A DNA stretch of 64,000 nt. It comes from Croceicoccus sp. GTDB taxonomy: Bacteria; Pseudomonadota; Alphaproteobacteria; Sphingomonadales; Sphingomonadaceae. Within the stretch, counting starts at the first letter, position 1, and each line of letters starts with the position of its first letter. Location: positions 819 through 64,818 of the forward strand of contig JAPYSD010000001.1 of NCBI GenBank assembly GCA_029936705.1. The letters are read 5' to 3'. Position numbers and translations under genes: made by a program. Shown one piece after another: positions 20,265 through 31,258 of the stretch. The notes beneath the pieces were generated by a model. The model saw only the letters and a list, made by a program, of their open reading frames with translations. It made no database searches and was not told where the DNA came from.

Positions 20265-21041
20265 ATGACCCTTACCGAAATCCCCCGGCCCGGCTCCTTC
20301 TCTTTCGAAGGGCGGACTGCAATGGTTACCGGCGGCGCCAAGGGCGTTGGCGAGGCCATCTGCCGCGAAATACACGCAGGGGGAGGAAATGTTGCGATCT
20401 GCGATATCGACCTGGCGGCGGCTTCGGCCGTCGCCGGGTCCCTCGACCCTTCGGGCGAGAGCGTTATGGTGGTCTCGCTCGACGTACGCAGCAAGGATGA
20501 TTTCATCGCCGGACGCGATGCCGTCATCGCCAAATGGAGCAAGGTCGATATTCTGGTGAACAATGCCGGCTTTGCAAAGCGCACACCGGTTGACGACATC
20601 ACGCCAGAGGAATTCGACGAGATCGTCGCCATCAACATGCGCAGCGTTTTTCTGGGCTGCCAGGTCTTCAAGGATCACATGGCGGAAAACGGCTATGGCC
20701 GGATCGTCAATATCACCTCATTGGCAGGGCAAAACGGCGGCACGGTTGCTTCGCCGCATTATGCCTCATCCAAGGCCGGCGCGATCATGCTGACGAAATA
20801 TTTCGCGCAATTGCTGGCCGACAAGGGGATCACGGTGAATGCGATTTCCCCCGGCCCCATCGCCACGGCGAAGGCTCGTTTGTCGGACGAACAGATCGCC
20901 ATAGTGGAAGGCAAGGTCCCGATCGGTCGCTTCATGGAGGTCAGCGAGATTGCCGCAGCGACGGCCCTGCTGGCATCAGACCGCGGCGGCTTTTTCGTCG
21001 GGGCAACGCTGGACATGAACGGCGGACTTTACGTCCGCTGA
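20265..21041 (+). CDS. SDR-family oxidoreductase
   Basis: TGGAKGVG, LVNNAG, YASSK. Confidence 0.93.
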   Translation: MTLTEIPRPGSFSFEGRTAMVTGGAKGVGEAICREIHAGGGNVAICDIDLAAASAVAGSLDPSGESVMVVSLDVRSKDDFIAGRDAVIAKWSKVDILVNNAGFAKRTPVDDITPEEFDEIVAINMRSVFLGCQVFKDHMAENGYGRIVNITSLAGQNGGTVASPHYASSKAGAIMLTKYFAQLLADKGITVNAISPGPIATAKARLSDEQIAIVEGKVPIGRFMEVSEIAAATALLASDRGGFFVGATLDMNGGLYVR

Positions 21042-21065
21042 CTACGTCCAACGAGTGCCGCCCGC

Positions 21066-22712
21066 TCACATATTGGGATAATTGGGCCCGCCGCCGCCTT
21101 CGGGCGTGACCCAGTTGATGTTCTGCGTCGGATCCTTGATGTCGCAGGTCTTGCAGTGGACGCAGTTCTGCGCGTTGATCACGAACTTGGGATCGCCCTC
21201 TTCCACCCCGACATATTCATAGACGCCCGCCGGGCAGTAACGCGCCGCAGGCCCGGCATAGACCGGCAGGTTGATCCTCAGTGGAACATCGGGGTCCTTG
21301 AGCTGAAGATGGCAGGGCTGGTCTTCCTCGTGATTGGTGTTCGACAGGAACACGCTGGAAAGCCGGTCAAAGCTGATCACGCCATCGGGCTTGGGATACT
21401 GAATCGGCTTGAACAGATCGGCGCGCATCGTCTGGTCACAGTCGCGGTGGTGTTTCATCGTGATGGGCAGGCCGATTTTCAGCGTGCGCATCCACATGTC
21501 CGCGCCCGCGATCACCGTGCCCAGCGCGCCGCCGAACTTGGCGACTGCGGGCTCGGCGTTCTTCACCTTCTTCAATTCGTCCGCGATCCAGCTGGAGCGC
21601 AGGTTCGTTTCGTAATCGACGACCTCGTCAGCCGAACGTTCGGCGGCGATCGCCTCGGCCACGGCTTCTGCCGCCAGCATGCCCGACTTCATCGCGGTAT
21701 GGCTGCCCTTGATGCGCGGCACGTTGACGAAGCCCGCGCTGCACCCGATCAGCGCGCCGCCGGGGAAGGTGAGTTTCGGCACCGACTGCCATCCGCCTTC
21801 ATTGATGACGCGCGCGCCGTAAGACACGCGCTTGCCGCCTTCGAGGATCGCGCGGATTTCAGGGTGCTGTTTCCAGCGCTGGAATTCCTCGAACGGGAAG
21901 AGGTACGGGTTCTTGTAATCGAGTGCGACGACGAAGCCCAAGGCCACCTGCCCGTTCGCCTGGTGGTAGAGGAAGCCCCCGCCCCACGCGTCGTTTTCGC
22001 TAAGCGGCCAGCCCTGTGTGTGCAGCACACGGCCCGGCGCATGCTTCTTGGGATCGATGTCCCACAATTCCTTCATGCCAAGGCCATAGACCTGCGGTTC
22101 GCAGTCGGCCTCAAGGTCGAACTTCGCCTTCAGCTGCTTGGTCAGCGACCCGCGCGCGCCTTCGGCGAACAGCGTGTATTTGCCGTGCAGTTCCATGCCG
22201 GGCTGGTAGTCCTGCTTATGGCTGCCATCGGCGGCAACGCCCATGTCGCCGGTCGCAACGCCCTTGACCGAACCGTCATCGTTGTAAAGCACCTCGGCCG
22301 CCGGGAAGCCGGGGAAGATTTCCACGCCCAGCCCTTCGGCCTTTTCGGCAAGCCAGCGGCACAGGCTGCCCAGCGAACCGGTGTAATTGCCATCGTTCGA
22401 CATAAAGGGCGGCATCATGATGTGCGGCATGGCGAACTTGCCCTTGGCCGACAGGGTCCAGTGCCAGTTATCGGTCACTGGGGTCTCGGCCATCGGGCAA
22501 TCGTCATCGCGCCAGTCGGGCAGCAGCTCGTCCAGCGCCTTAGGATCGACCACCGCGCCCGACAATATATGCGCGCCGATCTCGCTGCCCTTCTCCAGCA
22601 CGCAGACCTCAAGATCCGCGTTCACCTGCTTCAGCCGGATCGCCGCGCCCAATCCCGCAACGCCGCCACCGACGATGACGACATCATAAGGCATGGATTC
22701 GCGTGTGGTCAT
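21066..22712 (-). CDS. Electron transfer flavoprotein-ubiquinone oxidoreductase
   Basis: [52 protein letters not shown]. Confidence 0.97.
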   Translation of the reverse strand: MTTRESMPYDVVIVGGGVAGLGAAIRLKQVNADLEVCVLEKGSEIGAHILSGAVVDPKALDELLPDWRDDDCPMAETPVTDNWHWTLSAKGKFAMPHIMMPPFMSNDGNYTGSLGSLCRWLAEKAEGLGVEIFPGFPAAEVLYNDDGSVKGVATGDMGVAADGSHKQDYQPGMELHGKYTLFAEGARGSLTKQLKAKFDLEADCEPQVYGLGMKELWDIDPKKHAPGRVLHTQGWPLSENDAWGGGFLYHQANGQVALGFVVALDYKNPYLFPFEEFQRWKQHPEIRAILEGGKRVSYGARVINEGGWQSVPKLTFPGGALIGCSAGFVNVPRIKGSHTAMKSGMLAAEAVAEAIAAERSADEVVDYETNLRSSWIADELKKVKNAEPAVAKFGGALGTVIAGADMWMRTLKIGLPITMKHHRDCDQTMRADLFKPIQYPKPDGVISFDRLSSVFLSNTNHEEDQPCHLQLKDPDVPLRINLPVYAGPAARYCPAGVYEYVGVEEGDPKFVINAQNCVHCKTCDIKDPTQNINWVTPEGGGGPNYPNM

Positions 22713-23638
22713 AGGCCTTCAGTCAACTCCGGCACGGCCTTGTACAGATCCGCGACGAGGCCGATGTCAGCGACCTGGAAGATGGGTGCGTCTTCGTCCT
22801 TGTTGATGGCGATGATGGTCTTGCTATCCTTCATCCCCGCAAGGTGCTGGATCGCGCCCGAGATGCCGATGGCGATATAGACTTCCGGTGCCACGATCTT
22901 GCCGGTCTGGCCGACCTGGTAGTCGTTGGGGACATAGCCCGCGTCCACGGCAGCACGCGATGCGCCCACGCCCGCGCCGAGCTTGTCGGCGAGCGGCATG
23001 ATGACGCTTTCGAAGGTTTCGCTGTCCTTCAGCGCGCGGCCGCCCGACACGATGATCTTGGCGCTGGTCAGTTCCGGGCGTTCGCTCTTGGCGATCTCGG
23101 CGCCGATGAAGCTGGATTTGCCCGCATCGCCGGTGGAGGCGACCGCCTCGATGGCAGCCGATCCGCCCTCGGCCTCGGCCTTGTCGAAGGCAGTGCCGCG
23201 TACGGTGATGACCAGCTTCGCATCGGTCGATTCAACGGTCGCAATCGCGTTGCCCGCATAGATCGGGCGGGTGAAGCTCTTGTCGCCCTCGACCGAGAGG
23301 ATGTCGCTGATCTGCATGACATCGAGCAGCGCCGCCACGCGCGGCGCGATGTTCTTGCCGGTGGTCGTGGCCGGGAACAGCACCGCGTCATGATGATCCA
23401 TCAGCGAGGTGACAAGCGGCGCGACATTCTCGGCCAGCTGGTGTTCAAAGGCTGCGTCATCCGCGACATGGACCTTGCCCACGCCCGCGATCTTGGCAGC
23501 CGCTTCACCCACTGCGCCGCAGCCAGCGCCCGCGACCAGCAGGTGCACTTCGCCCAGCTTTGCCGCAGCGGTGACTGTGGCGAGCGTCGCATCGCCCAGA
23601 TTGGCGTTGTCGTGATCGACATAAACAAGCGTTTTCAT
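22709..23638 (-). CDS. etfA: Electron transfer flavoprotein alpha subunit
   Basis: [37 protein letters not shown]. Confidence 0.97.
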   Translation of the reverse strand: MKTLVYVDHDNANLGDATLATVTAAAKLGEVHLLVAGAGCGAVGEAAAKIAGVGKVHVADDAAFEHQLAENVAPLVTSLMDHHDAVLFPATTTGKNIAPRVAALLDVMQISDILSVEGDKSFTRPIYAGNAIATVESTDAKLVITVRGTAFDKAEAEGGSAAIEAVASTGDAGKSSFIGAEIAKSERPELTSAKIIVSGGRALKDSETFESVIMPLADKLGAGVGASRAAVDAGYVPNDYQVGQTGKIVAPEVYIAIGISGAIQHLAGMKDSKTIIAINKDEDAPIFQVADIGLVADLYKAVPELTEGL

Positions 23639-23640
23639 GA

Positions 23641-24387
23641 TCATGCGACTCCCATTGCTTTAAGCTTGGCGACCAATTCATCGACATCGGCCACCTTCAC
23701 GCCCGCCTGCCGGACCGGCGGTTCGGCGACGGTCAGCGTCTTCAGACGCGGCGCGATATCGACGCCGTAGTCAGCCGGGGTCTTGGTCTCCAAAGGCTTC
23801 TTCTTCGCCTTCATGATGTTGGGCAGCGAAGCATAGCGCGGCTCGTTCAGGCGCAGATCGGTCGTCACGATCGCAGGCAGCGACAGCTTCACCGTCTCCA
23901 GCCCGCCATCGACTTCGCGGGTCACGCTGACGCTGTCACCCTCGACCTCGACCTTCGACGCAAACGTGCCCTGCGGCAGGTCCATCAGCGCGGCCAGCAT
24001 CTGGCCGGTCTGGTTGCTGTCGTCGTCGATCGCCTGCTTGCCAAGGATGATGATTCCCGGCTCGATCTCGGCGGCCACGGCCTTCAGGATCTTGGCCACC
24101 GCCAGCGGCTCGACCTCCTGATCGGTCTCGACCAGCACCGCGCTGTCCGCACCCATCGCCAGCGCCGTGCGCAGCGTTTCCTGCGCCTTGGCAGGACCGA
24201 TGCTGACCGCGATGATCTCTTCGACCTTGCCCGCTTCCTTCAGACGGATCGCTTCTTCCACCGCGATCTCGTCGAACGGGTTCATGCTCATCTTCACGTT
24301 CGCAAGATCCACGCCCGAGCCGTCCGCTTTCACACGCGGCTTCACGTTATAGTCAATAACCCGCTTCACGGGCACCAGGGCCTTCAT
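23641..24387 (-). CDS. etfB: Electron transfer flavoprotein beta subunit
   Basis: [48 protein letters not shown]. Confidence 0.97.
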   Translation of the reverse strand: MKALVPVKRVIDYNVKPRVKADGSGVDLANVKMSMNPFDEIAVEEAIRLKEAGKVEEIIAVSIGPAKAQETLRTALAMGADSAVLVETDQEVEPLAVAKILKAVAAEIEPGIIILGKQAIDDDSNQTGQMLAALMDLPQGTFASKVEVEGDSVSVTREVDGGLETVKLSLPAIVTTDLRLNEPRYASLPNIMKAKKKPLETKTPADYGVDIAPRLKTLTVAEPPVRQAGVKVADVDELVAKLKAMGVA

Positions 24388-24416
24388 AAGCCTATCCTAT
24401 TCAATGCAGAGGTGAA

Positions 24417-25553
24417 TCAGCGCAGCAGTTCTTTTGCGATGGTGTTCTTCTGGATTTCTGAAGAACCCTCATAAATCCGCGTGATGCGGATATCGCGATA
24501 GAGCCGTTCGATCGCATAGCCCTTGCAATAGCCCGCGCCGCCATAAATCTGCAGCGCGGTATCGACCGTACGGCCGCCCGCCTCGGTCGCGAACAGCTTC
24601 GCCATCGAAGCCAGTTCGCGGCGCTTTTCGCCCTGATCATAGCGCCATGCGGCATCGAGCAGGATCAGGCGCGCGGCACGCATGTCGGTCGCCATACCGG
24701 CCAGATAATGGCGAATTGCCTGAAAATCGGCGATGACATTGCCGAACGCCGGGCGAACTTTCGCTTCTTCAGTCGCAAGTTCGAGCGCATATTCGCCCAT
24801 TCCCACTGCCGTCGCGCCAACATTCATGCGGCCTTCGTTCAAACATTCAAGCGCATAGCTGAAGCCCTTGCCCTCTTCGCCGATCAGAGCGTCGGCAGGC
24901 ACCTGACATTCATCGAATGTCAGTTCGTACACGGCCGGCGAAGTACCCATCAGCTCGATCACGCCCGACACCGAAAAGCCCGGCGTATCCGCCGGCATCA
25001 AGAAGGCCGAGATGCCCCCGCGAGCACCTGCGCTCTTGTCCGTGTAGGCATAGACCGTGACAAATTTCGCGTTCTTGCCGTTCGAGATATAGGTCTTCGA
25101 TCCATTGATCACCCAGCCATCGGCATTGCGCGTCGCGGTGGTGCGCATTGAACCGGGATCAGACCCCGAACCCGGCTCCGTGAGAGCGAAGGCTACCGGA
25201 ATTTCGCCAGTTGCCATTCCCGGGATCAGCATCTCCTTCTGCGCTTCAGTGCAGTGATAGGCGATGTTCTTCGCGCCCGGACCCATCAGTGGGCGAATTT
25301 CGGTCCAGAATTGGGGGGGAAGGCGCGCAAGCTCGATCTGCACCGCAGCCTGCGCCAGAGCGCCAAGCCCAAGGCCGCCATATTCCTCGGGCAAGGCCAT
25401 GCCGAAATATCCGTTATCGACTAGGGTCTGGCGAACGATCGGCGGGACCACGCCAGTCTCAACGAATTCGCGCTCCAGCGGCAGCAGGTCGTTGACGATG
25501 GCCTTTGTCGCCTCACAGAAATCCTTGATCTCGTCGGGAAGTTCGAAGTCCAT
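24417..25553 (-). CDS. Acyl-CoA dehydrogenase
   Basis: FALTEPGSGSD, INGSKTYISN, LNEGR, IYEGSSEIQ. Confidence 0.95.
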   Translation of the reverse strand: MDFELPDEIKDFCEATKAIVNDLLPLEREFVETGVVPPIVRQTLVDNGYFGMALPEEYGGLGLGALAQAAVQIELARLPPQFWTEIRPLMGPGAKNIAYHCTEAQKEMLIPGMATGEIPVAFALTEPGSGSDPGSMRTTATRNADGWVINGSKTYISNGKNAKFVTVYAYTDKSAGARGGISAFLMPADTPGFSVSGVIELMGTSPAVYELTFDECQVPADALIGEEGKGFSYALECLNEGRMNVGATAVGMGEYALELATEEAKVRPAFGNVIADFQAIRHYLAGMATDMRAARLILLDAAWRYDQGEKRRELASMAKLFATEAGGRTVDTALQIYGGAGYCKGYAIERLYRDIRITRIYEGSSEIQKNTIAKELLR

Positions 25554-25600
25554 GATGTGCCTTTCAAATGTCTCGATCACTCTCAACACTGAAAAAGCAT

Positions 25601-25615
25601 AATGGTCCTACCATT
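25601..25615. promoter_or_regulatory. FadR/GntR-type operator (copy 5)
   Basis: Palindrome AATGGT-CCT-ACCATT upstream of the acyl-CoA dehydrogenase-etf operon. Confidence 0.7.
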
Positions 25616-25964
25616 GCAAGAGTGATGTCGGCCAATTCTGAGGCAGGCGACAAAGCGAGCGCCGTTCCAAACCGGCTGCTAGAGAAAAATTGCGTTGCCG
25701 GCGGCCAAGCAACGTATTGACGATATTCGATTTATTATCTAAGCAAATCGCAATTATTCAATTTCGCAAATACCATTCAGAACCCGTGAAATTGCGCCTC
25801 GCCCGCCTACACACGACAACGGCGCTGAATTTCATGCCCCCTCCATCCCGAAAATCTTATGGCATTATGCTATTGGAATTGGCTTGCGCGCAGCATGGCA
25901 GCATACTGAAAATACAGATCAGAACAGTGCCGCTCAGATCGGCAGGAATTATCTGGAGAGATTC

Positions 25965-27008
25965 ATGTTCATCAAGAACACCTGGTATGTCGCTGCCTTC
26001 GCCGCCGAGATCGAGTCGGGCAAGACACTCGCCCGCAAGCTCCTGAACAAACCGGTCGTCCTCTTTCGCACCGACGACGGCAAAATCGCCGCACTGGAAG
26101 ACCGGTGCAGTCACCGTGCGATGCCCCTCAGTTCCGGCCACGTAGACGGTTGTCGCATCCGCTGCGCCTATCACGGTGTCGAATTCGAAGCCGACGGCAA
26201 GTGCGCGCGCATTCCTAATCAGGAACGTATTCCGCCTGCCGCCAATGTGCGCAGCTATCCGGTTGTCGAAAAGGATCATCTGATCTGGATCTGGATGGGC
26301 GATGCCGAACTGGCCGATCCCGCACAGATCATCGACAGTCCGGAACACAACGATCCAAAGTGGACGTGGCGACCCTATAATTTCCCGGTGAATGCCGATT
26401 GGCAGCTTATCGTCGACAATATCATGGACCTGACCCATGTGCCTTACATCCACGCGGGCACGATCGGCGGTAACCCCGAACAGCATTATGGCGCGGAAAC
26501 CAAGGTAGAGTTCGACGGCAAGCGCGTGGAACTTCTGCGCAAGATGCCCAATTCGGTCCCGCCGCGTTCCTATATCGACGCGGGCGGCTTCAAGGGACGC
26601 GTCGATCGCTGGCAGGAAGTGCGCTTCGAACCGGCCCGGGGCATGACCCTGCGCGTCAATGCGGGTGGCTGCGATGCGGGGACCGGCGCCTATGAAGGCC
26701 GCCGCGACAATGGCTTTGAACTGGCGAACAACCATTTCATCACGCCCGAAACGGAAACGACCAGCCATTATTTGTGGACTATCTGCACCACGGCCGATCC
26801 GGCGACCGGCGTGCCTGACAAGCTTTTCGATCAGTTCTTCGACACGATCACCGAAGACGAACAGACGCTGGCGCTACAGCAGGAACGGATCAATGACGAT
26901 CCTGGTCGTACCTTCGTCGGCATTGCCAGCGACGGCGCCGTGAACCAGGCTCGCCGCCTGCTCAGCGCTATGGCTGAGGCTGAAGAAGGTCAGGGCATGG
27001 CGGCCTGA
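25965..27008 (+). CDS. Rieske monooxygenase, TsaM/VanA family
   Basis: MFIKNTWYVAA, CSH...CAYH, DNIMDLTHVPYIH, TPETETTSHY; resembles toluenesulfonate methyl-monooxygenase TsaM as recalled. Confidence 0.92.
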   Translation: MFIKNTWYVAAFAAEIESGKTLARKLLNKPVVLFRTDDGKIAALEDRCSHRAMPLSSGHVDGCRIRCAYHGVEFEADGKCARIPNQERIPPAANVRSYPVVEKDHLIWIWMGDAELADPAQIIDSPEHNDPKWTWRPYNFPVNADWQLIVDNIMDLTHVPYIHAGTIGGNPEQHYGAETKVEFDGKRVELLRKMPNSVPPRSYIDAGGFKGRVDRWQEVRFEPARGMTLRVNAGGCDAGTGAYEGRRDNGFELANNHFITPETETTSHYLWTICTTADPATGVPDKLFDQFFDTITEDEQTLALQQERINDDPGRTFVGIASDGAVNQARRLLSAMAEAEEGQGMAA

Positions 27009-27029
27009 CGGAAAAGATTCTGCCCCACT

Positions 27030-27066
27030 AAAAAGGAGCGGCGCTTCAGCACCGCTCCTTTTCTTT
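27030..27066. terminator. Bidirectional intrinsic terminator
   Basis: AAAAGGAGCGG..CCGCTCCTTTT between convergent genes. Confidence 0.85.
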
Positions 27067-27087
27067 TGCACATGATGAACGCTTCGA

Positions 27088-28182
27088 TCAGAACGAGGTA
27101 ATCACGCTGCGGGCGATCGCACCGCCCTTCAGCTCCGTATAGGCCTCATTAATCTCCTCGATCCCGATCTCGCGCGAGATCAGGTCATCGAGGTTGAGCT
27201 TACCCTGCAAGTACAGCTGGGCATACATCGGGATGTCTTGCTTGATATTAGTCGAACCCATATAGACACCGCGGAGATCAACCTGATTGGTCAACAGGTC
27301 GACCGTAACATTGACATCGATGGTCGATGTCGGCGCATGGACCCCGATCATATAGGCGCCCCCGCCCTTGCGGGCCATCTGGATCGCCTGCTCCGATGTA
27401 GCCTTGATGCCCACGACCTCGAAAACGTGATCCGCGCCGCCCGGTATAAGCGTGCGCAACGCTTCGACAGAATTGCCGGAAGACGCATCGATGAAATCGG
27501 TCGCACCGAACTTGCGGGCAAGCTCTTCCTTCCTTGGCTGCATGTCGATCGCCACAATGCGCCCTGCGCCAGCCAGCTTCGCACCCGAAATAACGTTAAG
27601 CCCGACGCCGCCAATGCCGATCACGGCAACCGTATCGCCCGGGCGGACAGAAGCGGTATTGATCGCTGCACCTGCCCCGGTGATCGTGCCGCAGCCCAGC
27701 AGCGAGGCCTGTGCGAACGGCAGTTCCTTTGGCACCTTGGCAAGCTGGTTTTCATGCACCAGCGCCTTTTCCGCAAAGGCACCCGTACCGAAAACTTGCG
27801 TGACGGCCCCGCTCTCACCTCGCAGGCGCGGCTTCTCACCCTCATCGGCGCGCAGCGTTTCTTCTGGATGGGTGCATTGATAGGTCTTGCCCGAATTGCA
27901 GGCGCGGCAATGACCACAGAACTGGATAAGCGAGCCGACGACATGGTCGCCAATCTCGAATTCGCGCACTTCGGGACCGACCGCGATGACCACGCCGGCC
28001 AGTTCGTGCCCCAACACGGCGGGAAGCGGCACGCCGAAATCGGTCTCGGCAAAGTGAAGATCGGAATGGCAAAGGCCCGATGCCTTCACCTCGACCAGCA
28101 CCTCGTGGTCGCGGGGTTCGTCGATTTCGATTTCGCCGACCTGAAACGTACCGTCCAGGTTATTGAGTATGGCAGCCTTCAC
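27088..28182 (-). CDS. Zn-dependent alcohol dehydrogenase
   Basis: GLCHSD, GHE, CGHCRAC...C, GCG, GIGGVG. Confidence 0.95.
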   Translation of the reverse strand: MKAAILNNLDGTFQVGEIEIDEPRDHEVLVEVKASGLCHSDLHFAETDFGVPLPAVLGHELAGVVIAVGPEVREFEIGDHVVGSLIQFCGHCRACNSGKTYQCTHPEETLRADEGEKPRLRGESGAVTQVFGTGAFAEKALVHENQLAKVPKELPFAQASLLGCGTITGAGAAINTASVRPGDTVAVIGIGGVGLNVISGAKLAGAGRIVAIDMQPRKEELARKFGATDFIDASSGNSVEALRTLIPGGADHVFEVVGIKATSEQAIQMARKGGGAYMIGVHAPTSTIDVNVTVDLLTNQVDLRGVYMGSTNIKQDIPMYAQLYLQGKLNLDDLISREIGIEEINEAYTELKGGAIARSVITSF

Positions 28183-28522
28183 GTTCTTCTCCTTGATCCT
28201 TCTGCGTCAGGCGCAAATCGGCCCGACGATCATGGTCGTATCCTCAATCGCCTTTGGATTGCGGCAGCACTCGACCATCTGGTCGCGTTGGCCGATCGCG
28301 AATTTAAACGTTGCGCATTCGGCGCATGCGGGAAGCTTTTCACGCAGATCGTTCCAATTCACGGAACTGTGTCTTCGAACGAGTCTTTCTGCGTCCTGGC
28401 CATAGTCGCATGGCGATCGCAGCGGTGAGCACGCTGCCTACACGCCGCCAAACACGTCGAAAAACAACTCATTCACTCATGTCTCCCTTCTTTTCCTGTT
28501 GTGAAGGCAGCCATGTTCGCGC

Positions 28523-30028
28523 TCATTCGCCAAGCAGAGCGGTCACCGTCTTGGTCTCGGTGTAGTGCAGCAAGCCCTCTTCCCCGACCTCGCGGCCCCA
28601 GCCGGATTCCTTCACGCCGCCAAAAGGCGCGGAAGGATCGTTCATGCCGTGGGTGTTGATCCAGACCACGCCGGCCTGCAGTTGACGTGCGGTAAGATGC
28701 GCGCGCGAAAGATCGCGGGTCCAGATATTGGCCGCCAGCCCAAAGCGCGTGTCATTGGCAGCCTTCACCACCTCCTCGACATCGTCGAACGGCGTCGCGA
28801 CAAGAACCGGACCGAAGATCTCTTCGCGCACGATGCTGGCATCGCGGTTCGGATTGGCGAAGATCGTCGGCTCTACAAAATAGCCGTCCTTGCCGCCGGT
28901 CCCGCCGCCGGTGACGACTTCGGCGCCGCACTGCCGGCCCTGTTCGATATAGTCGAGCACGCGGATCTGCTGCGCACGCGACACCAGCGGCCCCAGCATC
29001 GTTTCCGGATCACGGCCATGACCCAGCTTGAAGCCTTGCGCCACCTTTGCGATGCCCTCGACCACCTGATCATAGACCGATCGTTCGACGAACAGGCGCG
29101 AGGCGGCGAGGCACACCTGCCCCGAATTGAAAAAGATGGCGAGCGCGGCGCCGAGCGTAGCCTTTTCGAGGTCCGCATCGGCAAAGATCAGCGAAGGCGA
29201 TTTACCGCCGAGCTCCAAAGTCACGCGTTTCAGATCATCGGCAGCGGTGCGCACGATCTGCTTGCCGACCCTTGTCGAACCGGTGAAGGCGATCTTGTCC
29301 ACGCCGGGATGTGCGACCAAAGCCTGCCCGGCATCCTGACCGTACCCCGTGACCACGTTGAGCACGCCTTCGGGCAAACCGGCCTCGAGCGCGAGTTCAG
29401 CCAGCCGAAGCGCGGTCAGCGGCGTAACTTCCGAGGGTTTCAGGACGATCGTACAGCCTACCGCCAGCGCCGGGGCGATCTTCCACGCGGCCATCGCCAG
29501 CGGATAGTTCCATGGCACGATCTGGCCGACCACGCCCACTGGCTCGCGCACGGAATAGCTGTGGTATTGCTGCCCGTCGCCGGAAATCGGATTGACCTGC
29601 CCGCCGATCTTGGACGTCCAGCCCGCCATGTAGCGAAAAATGTCGATCGCCGCCGGCACGTCGACGGCTAGCGCGTGATGCACCGCCTTGCCGTTGTCGT
29701 AACTTTCCAGAAGTGCCAGTTCGCCGGCGTGCTCCTCGATCTTGCGGGCGATATTCTCGATTATCTTGCCGCGGTCGAGCGGACGCATGCGCGCCCAGCT
29801 TGCAGACTCAAATGCCTTTCGCGCGGCGCTAACAGCACGGTCAATATCCTCGGCGGAACCTGCCGGGACGCGGGTGAAGATTTCGGCGGTGGCCGGATCC
29901 TCCACATCGATGCATTGCCCATCGGCGCTCTCGGTCCATTCTCCGCCGATCAGCATGCGATTGCGTGGAAGGTGGACTTCGTGCCCTTTTTTACCATGCA
30001 GCGTCTGCGCAAAAGCCGTTTCGTTCAT
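28523..30028 (-). CDS. Aldehyde dehydrogenase (phenylacetaldehyde dehydrogenase-like)
   Basis: PWNYP, FTGSTRVG, ELGGKSP, FFNSGQVC, EEIFGPV. Confidence 0.95.
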   Translation of the reverse strand: MNETAFAQTLHGKKGHEVHLPRNRMLIGGEWTESADGQCIDVEDPATAEIFTRVPAGSAEDIDRAVSAARKAFESASWARMRPLDRGKIIENIARKIEEHAGELALLESYDNGKAVHHALAVDVPAAIDIFRYMAGWTSKIGGQVNPISGDGQQYHSYSVREPVGVVGQIVPWNYPLAMAAWKIAPALAVGCTIVLKPSEVTPLTALRLAELALEAGLPEGVLNVVTGYGQDAGQALVAHPGVDKIAFTGSTRVGKQIVRTAADDLKRVTLELGGKSPSLIFADADLEKATLGAALAIFFNSGQVCLAASRLFVERSVYDQVVEGIAKVAQGFKLGHGRDPETMLGPLVSRAQQIRVLDYIEQGRQCGAEVVTGGGTGGKDGYFVEPTIFANPNRDASIVREEIFGPVLVATPFDDVEEVVKAANDTRFGLAANIWTRDLSRAHLTARQLQAGVVWINTHGMNDPSAPFGGVKESGWGREVGEEGLLHYTETKTVTALLGE

Positions 30029-30282
30029 AGCTCTCTCCATCTCGCAGGCACTATTTGCCAGCTCATTAGTCTTTTTTCGTTGCAGCCGTCTGACCGGCGC
30101 GCCGCATCAAACACCATCGGTCAGACAGTGCTTAGCCAGCGAGTCTCGTCACGATGGTCGACGCTGTTCGCTCATCTCGAATGCGGGGAATGGGTGATGC
30201 CAAACCTCTCATCGATTACGCATCTCTCAGTGTGCGTATAGCTAATACGTAATGATCGATTTTCGGATCGGCAATATGTTTG

Positions 30283-30297
30283 AAAGGTCGGACCAAT
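30283..30297. promoter_or_regulatory. FadR/GntR-type operator (copy 6)
   Basis: AAAGGTCGGACCAAT upstream of the ALDH-ADH operon. Confidence 0.55.
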
Positions 30298-30415
30298 ATT
30301 GGCTTTTCAGGGCAAAAATCACGGCTTTAAGCCGTTTTCTTAAGGCAAATGTCGAGGCTTGCTTCACTTTTTGAATAGTCAGCAGTGATTCGAATATCGT
30401 TGGCCACCTAAGCTC

Positions 30416-30511
30416 AGGACCCATTGATTTGCAGGCGACGATATGATTGTGCTTTGCACGCCTTGGGCTCCAGGCTCCGCGAGGAGACTGAGTATGAGCG
30501 ACCTGTATTGG
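30416..30511 (+). mobile_element. Left-end stub of an IS5-family element
   Basis: GGACCCATTGAT end, GAGGAG RBS, and start MSDLYW then truncation. Confidence 0.55.
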
Positions 30512-30572
30512 GCGTCACCTTAGGGTTTGTGCGCCAGACAACGACTTGCCGGACATAATGCGAACATGGGCG

Positions 30573-30920
30573 TCAGGTGGCGGCGCGGAGATACTGGTAT
30601 AGCGTTTCACGGCTGATACCCAGTTCGCGTGCGATGGCTGCCTTGCGCTCACCGGCGGCGGCGCGGCGATGCAACTCAGCGATCATTTCGTCGGACAGGG
30701 ACCGTTTTCGTCCGCGATAAGCGCCACGTTGCTTGGCGACAGCGATGCCTTCGCATTGTCGTTCTCGGATCAAAGCGCGCTCGAATTCGGCGAACGCGCC
30801 CATGACTGAAAGTATCAGGTTGGCCATGGGAGAATCTTCGCCGGTGATTGCCAGGCTTTCCTTCACGAACTCAATCCGAACACCTCGATTGGTGAGCGAT
30901 TGGACGAGCCTGCGCAGGTG
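30573..30920 (-). pseudogene. C-terminal fragment of a Tn3-family serine resolvase
   Basis: GVRIEFVKE..GEDSPMANLILSVMGAFAEFERALIRERQ.EGIA.AK.RG.YRGRK, then HTH ARELGISRETLYQYL; the catalytic N-terminus is missing. Confidence 0.9.
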
Positions 30921-31258
30921 GCGGCAAGATATTCGGTCGCGGTCTGCGCCTGTTCGGGGCCCAGCGGCGCGCCCAGCCCGATCATCTGCTGGACGATATC
31001 GTTCCATTCGCCCGGCGTGCGCCCGCGCGAAGTGGCAAGCGCAAAGGAATGGCACCCCGCACAGGTCGTCTCCACAAGCTGCTTCGCCGCGCCCGGTAAT
31101 GCCGATCCCGCAGACGACTGCGTCGCGCCCTGCAGGCCGGTGCCCGCAATCGCCGCGCAGCAGGTCGCCGCCAGCAAGATCGCCCGTGGCCCCCGGAGCC
31201 GGATGCAGTTCCTCTTCGTAATGGAATGCGTGCTGCTGCGACCGGGCAGGTTCATCAA
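30863..31258 (-). pseudogene. Exported c-type cytochrome domain, probably the truncated N-terminus of a longer protein
   Basis: Signal-like segment then CAGCH heme motif and EWNDIVQQMIGLGA; its 3' end runs into the resolvase fragment. Confidence 0.65.

Noticed and set aside
18879-23770. Long antisense ORFs (e.g. 18879-20678, 21156-22880, 22844-23770)
   Set aside because: Shadow frames of well-supported GC-rich genes with no recognisable motifs; the same applies to 3555-4778, 27238-28428 and 57069-58226
28190-28500. Possible ferredoxin for the P450 between ALDH and ADH
   Set aside because: The RBS-ATG at 28480 is followed by a stop after three codons and there is no 2Fe-2S cysteine pattern; at most a decayed gene
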